Source: an uncultured Verrucomicrobiae bacterium
Lineage (GTDB): Bacteria > Verrucomicrobiota > Verrucomicrobiia > Chthoniobacterales > JAFAMB01
Assembly (NCBI GenBank): GCA_963837955.1
Contig: CAWIPH010000002.1
Location: 2,880,001-2,944,000, forward strand
Direction of reading: 5' to 3'
Length of the DNA: 64,000 bases
Made by a program: the position numbers and the translations under genes. How positions within the stretch are numbered: the first letter of the stretch is position 1; each line of letters begins with the position of its first letter. Below are positions 10,399 to 17,553 of this stretch, in pieces. The notes beneath the pieces were generated by a model. The model had not been told where the DNA came from and did not search any database. It saw nothing but the letters and a program-made list of their open reading frames with translations.

Positions 10399-11535
10399 AT
10401 GTCCCAGACTAAGATTCTGAAAGCCTCGGAGCCCTCGACGAAGCTGCGAGCCATGGGGGTGGGCCGTTTTTTGGTTCGTCTGCTCGTCTTAAGCGTCCTC
10501 ACGTGCATAGTGCTGATCGGCGTCGCGTGGGCCTTTGGCGCGGTCTGGTTCGATTTTCCATTCACAGGGTTGCGTCAGCCTCTAGCGGCTGCGTTCGGGG
10601 TAAGCGCAATCGCCGCGCTCGTGTTCGTGCGGCCCTACTGGCGAGCGCAGGTTGGCGTAGCCGGCGCAATTGCGCTCGTGGCGGCATGGGAGCTGACGAT
10701 CGCACCTTCCAATACGCGCGACTGGCAGCCCCAGGTAGCCGAAGCGCCCTACGCCGAAATTAGTGGCGACCGCGTCGTAATCCACAGCTTCCATAACTTC
10801 GACTACCTCAGCAAAACCGAGTTCCGCCCGCGATGGGATACCAAGATCGTGCAGCTTTCTAATCTGCGCGCCGTCGATTTTTTCACCAACTTCTGGGGAC
10901 CAAAACTTATCTGTCACACCTTCCTGAGCTTCGACTTTGGTCCAGACGGCTATGTTTGCATTTCCATCGAAACGCGGATGGCGAAGGGCCAGAATTATTC
11001 AGCGCTCGCGGGCTTATACCGGCAGTTCGAGCTCTACTACGTTATCGGCGACGAACGGGATATCGTGCGGGTACGCACTAACTACCGGCTTGAAGATGTC
11101 TATCTCTATCGCCTGCTTGCCGCAACCCCGGAAAAGGCCCGAGGCCTTTTTCTGGATTACCTAAAAAGCGCTAACGAGCTCCACGAACAAGCGCAATGGT
11201 ATAACGAGCTCACCAGCAATTGCACCACGAACATCCGAACCCATATCAAGCACATCGGCTCAGCGCGTCCATGGGACTGGCAGCTTCTTGTGAATGGCAC
11301 TATCGCCGAACGCGCCTACGAACTGAGGGCGATTGACACGTCGCTGCCCTTTGCCGAACTCAGGCGTCTAAGCTACATCGACGATCGCGCGCGCGCTGCC
11401 GATCGCGATCCGGCCTTCTCCAGCCGAATCCGGGAAGGACTCCCAGGGATCCGCGAGGCCTGGATTACCCCGTGGCTCTTCAAGTATTCGCTAGCGCGAA
11501 GCCTGCCGACACAAGATTTCTCGGACCACCAATGA
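10399..11535 (+). CDS. DUF4105 (Lnb N-terminal-like) membrane protein
   Basis: N-terminal TM helices; ICHTFLSFDF, SIETR, ELYYVIGDERD and YNELTSNCTT motifs. Confidence 0.85.
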   Translation: MSQTKILKASEPSTKLRAMGVGRFLVRLLVLSVLTCIVLIGVAWAFGAVWFDFPFTGLRQPLAAAFGVSAIAALVFVRPYWRAQVGVAGAIALVAAWELTIAPSNTRDWQPQVAEAPYAEISGDRVVIHSFHNFDYLSKTEFRPRWDTKIVQLSNLRAVDFFTNFWGPKLICHTFLSFDFGPDGYVCISIETRMAKGQNYSALAGLYRQFELYYVIGDERDIVRVRTNYRLEDVYLYRLLAATPEKARGLFLDYLKSANELHEQAQWYNELTSNCTTNIRTHIKHIGSARPWDWQLLVNGTIAERAYELRAIDTSLPFAELRRLSYIDDRARAADRDPAFSSRIREGLPGIREAWITPWLFKYSLARSLPTQDFSDHQ

Positions 11536-11588
11536 TCGGCGAAAACACTCCATTTTTAAATGTAATTCGACAATGGTTGCGCTGTTCG

Positions 11589-12017
11589 ATGAGGTTTAGA
11601 GGCCTCACGCTATGCTTGCTGATCCTTTTAACCGCTTGTAGCTCCGTGCAAACGGCCCAGCAGTCCTCGACAGTTTCGGACCCCAGCGCGAAACTGGCGA
11701 CGGTCTACCTCTATCGCCCACATAACTCGTCTGGGGCAGCGGTGGGAGTGGATATCAAAGACAACGGCATAGACATTGGCACGCTGCAGGATGGTACCTA
11801 CTTCGTTTACCATACAAATCCGGGGCAACACGCCCTCACTGCTACCACGGATACAGCTTCGACTCAGAATTTCGAACTACAGGCCGCTGCGACCTATTAT
11901 TTGGAGGCAGGCGTTGTTCCCCGCCAACATCTTTTTCAGCCGTCGCTAAGCGTCGTTTTTGATCTGCAAGGCCAGGCGGCGATCCAGAACTTGGAGCGTC
12001 TGCGTTATTATGAGTAG
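11589..12017 (+). CDS. DUF2846-like lipoprotein
   Basis: MRFRGLTLCLLILLTAC lipobox; ATVYLYRP...IGTLQDGTYF...PGQH pattern. Confidence 0.75.
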   Translation: MRFRGLTLCLLILLTACSSVQTAQQSSTVSDPSAKLATVYLYRPHNSSGAAVGVDIKDNGIDIGTLQDGTYFVYHTNPGQHALTATTDTASTQNFELQAAATYYLEAGVVPRQHLFQPSLSVVFDLQGQAAIQNLERLRYYE

Positions 12018-12104
12018 CACTGGCTTGGCCGCGAAGGCACGATCAAACGATGGCTGGTTGAACCGTTGCTCCATCGATCGCTGCGCTCAGGTCTCTCCGC
12101 AGGC

Positions 12105-12126
12105 ATATTGGACTAAGGTCCAATAG
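12105..12126. promoter_or_regulatory. 22-bp palindromic operator, copy 5 (ATATTGGAC-TAAG-GTCCAATAG)
   Basis: Upstream of the SnoaL/RiPP operon; TAAAGT at 12148-12153, 21 nt downstream. Confidence 0.8.
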
Positions 12127-12208
12127 GCATCTCCAATTAAGATGCTCTAAAGTCATCGTAATTTATCCGCATGATTTGGGGCACCACGGGTTCTAAAGAA
12201 ATCAGTCT

Positions 12209-12718
12209 ATGAACCGAAGAGAAGCAATTATCGCGGGGGTGGTTGGCATTGCCACCGCCCTGCCCACGGTCGTGAATGTGCAGGCCTCCCCGTCCGAAAA
12301 TCCAGAGGTGGAACCGATTCGCGCTCTGTTAAAGGCGCACGATGAAGCCTTTACCAATCAGGACATCAATGGGGTCTTAGCGTGCTTCACGAAAACAGCC
12401 GCAATTATGGGCTCCGGACCCGGAGAAATCTGGTCAGGTCCAGATGAGATCAAAGTAGCCTATGAGCACTTCTTCCAGGGTTTCGACAAGGGACAACAAA
12501 AGTTCGAATACCAATTCAGGATTGGGGGGCTGACATCAGAGATGGGCTGGATGATGACTTCCGGAAACGTGACGGGTAAGAAGGACGGAAAAGATTTCGC
12601 GTTTCCCGTCAATATTTCTCTGACAGTCGCGAAAGATAGTGGCCATTGGCTGGTCGCTGCTATGCATTTTTCCACCTTGACGGGCGCCTCAGAAGCCAGT
12701 GCCAAAGACACACAGTAG
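12209..12718 (+). CDS. SnoaL/NTF2-like protein with Tat-like signal peptide
   Basis: MNRREAII leader; IRALLKAHDEAF...GPGEIWSGPDEI...WLVAAMHFS is an NTF2-fold pattern. Confidence 0.8.
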   Translation: MNRREAIIAGVVGIATALPTVVNVQASPSENPEVEPIRALLKAHDEAFTNQDINGVLACFTKTAAIMGSGPGEIWSGPDEIKVAYEHFFQGFDKGQQKFEYQFRIGGLTSEMGWMMTSGNVTGKKDGKDFAFPVNISLTVAKDSGHWLVAAMHFSTLTGASEASAKDTQ

Positions 12719-12736
12719 TACGGTCGACTTCATACA

Positions 12737-13060
12737 ATGAACAACGAATCACCTATTGATGTTGGCCCGGACGAACAGATGAAGCTGCTGGAGCGGAGGC
12801 TGTTTCTTCAGAGCATGGGCAAATGGTCAGGCGCGGCGATCGCAGCAGCGATTTTCGGGAGCGTGTGGTTCGCCGGTCCGCCCGCCTCTCAGGCCGCTGG
12901 ATGGATTAATCGGCGAGGCGGCGGGGGTTATGGTGGCGGCGGATGGATCAATGGCCGGGGTGGCTGGGGCGGCGGGGGGAGCTGGGTGAACGGTGGCGGA
13001 GGCGGCTGGATCAACCGCCGGAATTATGGCGGCGGAGGATCATGGATAAACCGCTGGTAG
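12737..13060 (+). CDS. Candidate rSAM-modified RiPP precursor (Gly-rich, five W-x-N motifs, Tat-like leader; GrrA/OscA-like triceptide type)
   Basis: ERRLFLQ + hydrophobic stretch + ASQA-A, then WIN, WIN, WVN, WIN, WIN separated by Gly runs; two genes upstream of an rSAM/SPASM gene. Confidence 0.8.
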   Translation: MNNESPIDVGPDEQMKLLERRLFLQSMGKWSGAAIAAAIFGSVWFAGPPASQAAGWINRRGGGGYGGGGWINGRGGWGGGGSWVNGGGGGWINRRNYGGGGSWINRW

Positions 13061-13995
13061 GCGTTGGTTCTAGCCGCGGTCGCGTGCTGCCGGGACCTCA
13101 TTGGCCCATTCTTTTCGTACCGTCTGATTTGGTGTCAGGCCAGAGAGGCGACCCATTTGTCGCAATCGTCAAAACTCGAGAAGAACTTAACCGGTGGCTT
13201 AGCAATCCGCTCGCCGGCTTACAGTGGCTCGAAGTCCACGGTTTGCTGGGAGATGCCGATGGGTGGTTGCAGGCGGCACAAGGCACATCGAATGTTCCGT
13301 TGGATGTCTTTCTCGCCAATCCAGCGTTGCAGTTTTCTGATTTATACCGACTCGTAGACGTTTGTGCGGTGCGTGATGTGCGGGTGAGTATGCCGGCCTC
13401 GCCCGGGTTTTTAAGGGCGCTCAAGTTGGCCGTAGCATTGCGGCTGCCGGTGCGCCTTCTTCCGGCACAACCGTCTCCGGATGCGTTTACTGAATTGATG
13501 GAGGCTGTGACCTTCTACCTTCGTGATCCCATGGTTGAAACGCCAGTGGAGTTTTTCCACTCGGTGCTGGGTTTCATGTGCGGCGCCGATACCGGTTCGC
13601 TCTGGACGATTCTTGAAGAGGACCCGGCGATATTCTTGCATCAAAGTTCTGACGAACGTTTCAAATCATCGGGCGTTGCCGGTTCTCCATCGCCGGAGAT
13701 CTCACTCCCGACGTTTGTGTCGACCCGCTTCAAAGAGCTCATCGCTCAGAACGCCGAGTGCGCCACCTGCCCTTGGCAGCAGATTTGCCAAGGATATTTC
13801 AAGTGGCCGGATCCCGCTTATGATTGCCGAGAGGTCAAACAGTTGTTTTCCATCATTAAAACTGCCGCGGATGAGATGAGGCAAGAACTTGCCTACCGAG
13901 ATCAGGCCGGCCCATCAGAGCAGCTTGGGGAATTTGGATCCGAGGCGTGCTCGTACAAAATAGGAGCAACTCCTCATGAGCGGACGAGTCTTTAG
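13042..13995 (+). CDS. Uncharacterised rSAM-associated protein with a C-terminal SPASM-like Cys motif and no CxxxCxxC
   Basis: C-terminal CATCPWQQICQG...YDC. Overlaps both the precursor and the rSAM gene. Start uncertain (ATG 13042 preferred). Confidence 0.7.
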   Translation: MDKPLVGVGSSRGRVLPGPHWPILFVPSDLVSGQRGDPFVAIVKTREELNRWLSNPLAGLQWLEVHGLLGDADGWLQAAQGTSNVPLDVFLANPALQFSDLYRLVDVCAVRDVRVSMPASPGFLRALKLAVALRLPVRLLPAQPSPDAFTELMEAVTFYLRDPMVETPVEFFHSVLGFMCGADTGSLWTILEEDPAIFLHQSSDERFKSSGVAGSPSPEISLPTFVSTRFKELIAQNAECATCPWQQICQGYFKWPDPAYDCREVKQLFSIIKTAADEMRQELAYRDQAGPSEQLGEFGSEACSYKIGATPHERTSL

Positions 13996-15166
13996 CGTGA
14001 TTCTCCTTCCGACATCAGAATGCAATGTCGCCTGCGATTACTGCTTCGAACACAAAGAGCCGCATCGACTTTCGCCAGCGTTGCTGCCGCTGCTAACTCG
14101 ACGCTTGCTTGATCACCTGCAAAGCGAGGGGATCGCGGAATGTGAGATTTACTGGCAGGGTGGAGAGGCAATGCTCATGGGTCCGGAATGGTTCACGAAT
14201 GCCGGAGCTCTTATGGACGGAGCTGCGCTCGAGAGGGGTCGGAAGTTCGTTCACTATCTGCAAACCAATCTCATCAGCTACTCGGCCGCCTGGAACAATG
14301 TGATCCACCAGATGTTCAAGGGTTCGCTAGGGACCTCGATGGACTACCCCAACGTGCATCGCAAACTATTCAAGGGGGGCCCAGAGGCTTACACCAAACT
14401 CTGGACCAAAAGGCTTCACCAGGCGCGAGAGGCAGGGATCAAAATCGGCGTAATCGCGGTGCTTCATCAAGCAAGTCTGGAAGCTGGCGCAGAACGGTTT
14501 TACCAGTATTTCACGGAGGACCTCGGACTCGACGATTTCCAGGTCAACACGCCTTTTGCGGGTGGTCCCGCGAAGGACGTCGAGGGCGGCTTTGAGCTCG
14601 ATTCCGCTGAGCTGGCCCGGTTTCTCGGTGAGCTCTTTGACGTCTGGATCCAGCGCGGCTACGGCTCCGGTGTTTCGCTCGGTCCGTTCGACGCGTTGAT
14701 TGATCACTTCATCGGTCGACCGGCGCGTTTACCCTGCATCTGGAAAGAGAACTGTTCTAATCAGTTCATTTCGGTAGACGCCAAGGGATCGGTCGCTCAA
14801 TGCGACTGCTGGGTCACCAGCTATCCGGAATACTTCTTCGGCAATATCTTCCGCGAGCCCGACCTCACGCGGATGCTGAAAACAAGCCGAGCGCGACGAG
14901 ATTTCGTCGATCGGCCAAAGCATCTGGTTGAGCACGAAGACTGTCTATCTTGTCGTTATCTCTCTATCTGCCACGGTGGCTGCCCAGTAAGAACCTATAG
15001 TGCTCGAGGCACAATAATGGCCAAGGATCCCTATTGCGAGGTCTACAAAGTCGTGTTTGCCCGCGCTGAGAAACACGGCCAGGGAATATTGCGACGCCGT
15101 GTTGCCGGTGGTGGCCATGGCTCGCCGCTGTCCGGTGCTCGGGAAAGCTTCACCCGACCCAATTAG
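13976..15166 (+). CDS. Radical SAM/SPASM enzyme, putative peptide (cyclophane) maturase
   Basis: PTSECNVACDYC, WQGGEA and LQTN motifs; SPASM cysteines (PCIWKENC...AQCDC...CLSCRYLSICHGGCP...YC). Confidence 0.9.
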   Translation: MSGRVFSVILLPTSECNVACDYCFEHKEPHRLSPALLPLLTRRLLDHLQSEGIAECEIYWQGGEAMLMGPEWFTNAGALMDGAALERGRKFVHYLQTNLISYSAAWNNVIHQMFKGSLGTSMDYPNVHRKLFKGGPEAYTKLWTKRLHQAREAGIKIGVIAVLHQASLEAGAERFYQYFTEDLGLDDFQVNTPFAGGPAKDVEGGFELDSAELARFLGELFDVWIQRGYGSGVSLGPFDALIDHFIGRPARLPCIWKENCSNQFISVDAKGSVAQCDCWVTSYPEYFFGNIFREPDLTRMLKTSRARRDFVDRPKHLVEHEDCLSCRYLSICHGGCPVRTYSARGTIMAKDPYCEVYKVVFARAEKHGQGILRRRVAGGGHGSPLSGARESFTRPN

Positions 15167-15283
15167 ACTCCATAGGACCGATGACAAAGAGGTCGCTCTG
15201 CATCAGGCGCCCGATACGCTGATTAGTTGAGCTAGCCCAAAAATTTATCCACGGTACCGATTTCGCGAGATCTTAGCTCCTGT

Positions 15284-15907
15284 TTAACCGTTTTTCGGCG
15301 CGATCTTTCCTAGGACGGCGTCACGGTACTGGGGCGCGACAGGCAGCTGTAAGGTCGCGGTTATAAGCGGCAGCACTGTAACAGCAAAATCCTTGGCAGG
15401 CTGAGCTTGATTCCGGCTCCATTCGAGCGCCGCAGCGTACATGGCCCAGCTCGCCATCGTCGCGACCAATTCGGGAGCGGCGTGCCCATCCCCCTTCGGA
15501 CACTTCAATGAGGTAAGTAAAATGTCCCGAACCAGCGTCTTAATCTTTGATTCGACCATCGGTTCGAATTGTCGCTGGTGCTTGGGACAGCGCTTCCCAA
15601 GCTCTTCGAGATAATCACACAGCGCCAGAATAATGCGGCGAAGGCCCTCTGGCTCCGCGGGAGTCGCGCCTTCCATTCTGGCGTGGAGCATCTGCCGGAA
15701 ATCGTCCTCTATCAAGTAATCGAGCAACGCGAATTTATCCGGAAAATGGTCATAAAACGTGGCCCGATTGACCGTCGCCTTCTCGGCGATGTCCTGGACG
15801 GAGATCGCTTCGAAATCCTTCTTAGCCAGGAGCTCCATGAACGCTTGGAGAAGAAACTGGCGAGTACGTTTAACGCGCGGGTCTAGGTGTTCGGAGCATT
15901 GGGACAT
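15284..15907 (-). CDS. TetR/AcrR family transcriptional regulator
   Basis: DPRVKRTR...ISVQDIAEKATVNRATFYDHFPDK helix-turn-helix. Confidence 0.92.
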   Translation of the reverse strand: MSQCSEHLDPRVKRTRQFLLQAFMELLAKKDFEAISVQDIAEKATVNRATFYDHFPDKFALLDYLIEDDFRQMLHARMEGATPAEPEGLRRIILALCDYLEELGKRCPKHQRQFEPMVESKIKTLVRDILLTSLKCPKGDGHAAPELVATMASWAMYAAALEWSRNQAQPAKDFAVTVLPLITATLQLPVAPQYRDAVLGKIAPKNG

Positions 15908-15934
15908 GTGGTCACCTCTGAAACAATATAGCCG

Positions 15935-15995
15935 TTGACATCCAAAACGTCTAATGTAGTTTAGACGACAGATGTTGCTTAAACAGCTATTGTTC
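15935..15995. promoter_or_regulatory. Divergent TetR/DoxX promoter-operator region
   Basis: TTGACA at 15935; inverted repeat CGTCTAA-N6-TTAGACG at 15948-15967; ACA-N2-TGTT half-sites. Confidence 0.45.
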
Positions 15996-16018
15996 GATAT
16001 CTAGTCCGCTGATTCGCT

Positions 16019-16411
16019 ATGAGTGCTGCACTGAAAACTGTACCTAAGACAAAAAATATCCTCCTGTTGGTCTTGCAGGGCCTACTTGCCCTAGCCTTCC
16101 TGGCGGCCGGCTTCTCTAAACTGTCCGGCCAACCGATGATGGTCGAAACTTTTGCCAAAGTCGGGTTCGGTCAATGGCTCCGCCATTTCACCGGCAGCGT
16201 CGAAATCGTCTCAGCGATTCTCCTGCTTATTCCGGCGGTAGTCCCGATCGGTGCTCTGCTGTTACTAGCCACAATGATCTGTGCTGTCTTAGCGCATCTT
16301 TTTGTGATCGGTGGCACGCCTATCCCGCCAATCATCCTTCTCATTCTCTGCAGCATCGTTGCCTGGAGCCGGAAGGATCGGCTCGAACAACTACTCGGAC
16401 AGACCAAGTAA
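16019..16411 (+). CDS. DoxX family membrane protein
   Basis: LALAFLAAGFSKLSG...F...GFGQWLRHFTGSVE...AVLAHL pattern. Confidence 0.88.
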   Translation: MSAALKTVPKTKNILLLVLQGLLALAFLAAGFSKLSGQPMMVETFAKVGFGQWLRHFTGSVEIVSAILLLIPAVVPIGALLLLATMICAVLAHLFVIGGTPIPPIILLILCSIVAWSRKDRLEQLLGQTK

Positions 16412-16425
16412 AAACAACTCACACT

Positions 16426-17058
16426 ATGCCAACATTACTTCATTTAGATGCTAGTCCACGCGGCGAGCGCTCCGTCTCGCGCCAGCTCACCCAAGATTTC
16501 ACGACCGCCTGGAAAAAGGCGCACCCAGGCGGAGGAATCATTTATCGCGACCTTGGCCACAATCCCGTTCCGTTTGTGAATGAGGCGTGGATCGCGGCTG
16601 CCTATACTCCGCCAGATTCGCTCTCGCCGGAACTGCGCTCAGCTCAAGCGATCTCTAACGAATTGATCGCCGAATTAGAGAAAGCTACCGATTATGTCTT
16701 CGGAGTGCCCATGTACAACTTTTCGGTGCCGGCCGTGTTCAAGGCTTATATCGATCAGATCGTTCGGGTCGGGCGAACGTTCGCTTACGACGAATCGGGA
16801 TTTAAAGGGTTGCTGCCCGGCAGGAAAGTCACCGTAATCACGAGCAGCGGCGGTGCGTACCGGAGCGGCTCTCCGTTCGCGCCCTACAATTTTCAAGAGC
16901 CCTGGATCCGAGCAATACTAGGATTCATCGGTATCACGGATCTGGACTTCGTCGTAGCGGATGGCCTCAATGAAGTCGACATGGGTAAGCGCGATCGTCA
17001 ACAATACTTGAATCCGATCCGTGAACAGGTGCAGCAGATAGCGGCCGTAGCCGCTTGA
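16426..17058 (+). CDS. azoR: FMN-dependent NADH-azoreductase
   Basis: LLHLDASPRGERSVSR, PMYNFSVPAVFKAYIDQIVRVGRTF and SSGG motifs; start trimmed to ATG 16426. Confidence 0.92.
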   Translation: MPTLLHLDASPRGERSVSRQLTQDFTTAWKKAHPGGGIIYRDLGHNPVPFVNEAWIAAAYTPPDSLSPELRSAQAISNELIAELEKATDYVFGVPMYNFSVPAVFKAYIDQIVRVGRTFAYDESGFKGLLPGRKVTVITSSGGAYRSGSPFAPYNFQEPWIRAILGFIGITDLDFVVADGLNEVDMGKRDRQQYLNPIREQVQQIAAVAA

Positions 17059-17100
17059 TGGGGAAAAAATGGGCGGCGGAAGGATCCGATGCCGCTCGAA

Positions 17101-17392
17101 TCCCCGGCTCAAATAAATTTTCGCCCTACCGGCGCTGGACCTACACCCACGATCGGTAGGGCGAACGCTCTGCGTGAGCCGCTCAGCGGTCCCCGGTTCA
17201 AATAAATTTTTGCCCCACCGGCGCTGGACCTACACCCACGATCGGTAGGGCGAACGCTCTGCGTGAGCCGCTCCGCGGTTCCCGGCTCAAATAAATTTTC
17301 GCCCTACCAACGCTGGACCTACACCCGCGATCGGTAGGGCGAACGCTCTGCGTGAGCCGGTCCGCGGTCCCCGGTTCAAATAAATTTTCGCG
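17101..17392. repeat. Tandem array of 89-bp REP/BIME-like units (3 full + 1 partial)
   Basis: Units start at 17101, 17190, 17279 and 17368. Each has the inverted repeat TTCGCCCTACC...GGTAGGGCGAA and a GTAG-led imperfect palindrome. Confidence 0.85.
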
Positions 17393-17553
17393 CTAACGGA
17401 GACGGTGCGAAGGAGCATCTGTTCGTGGTCGAGAACAGCGTTTTCTCTTCTTTCATATCTTAGGCAAACGAAATACCAACTTAATTGATATTAGACGGTT
17501 CCCCAGCATTTCCCACATAATCGGGCCGGTCGTTGCCTTACCGGGAAATTTCT

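Noticed and set aside
12943..13041. N-terminal extension of the accessory ORF
   Set aside because: It is an alternative-frame read-through of the Gly-rich precursor gene; ATG 13042 or a later start is more plausible.
13976..15166. Anaerobic sulfatase-maturating enzyme for the sulfatase at 1834
   Set aside because: The sulfatase already has an adjacent FGE, and the rSAM is coupled to a W-x-N peptide operon 10 kb away. Disfavoured rather than excluded, since both loci share the palindrome.
17101..17392. CRISPR array
   Set aside because: Units are near-identical over their whole 89 bp with no unique spacers, and there are no cas genes nearby.
17521..17537. Sigma54 promoter before the first TonB receptor (CGGGCCGGTCGTTGC)
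   Set aside because: GG-N10-GC spacing fits, but the -24 element matches TGGCAC poorly; too weak to call.
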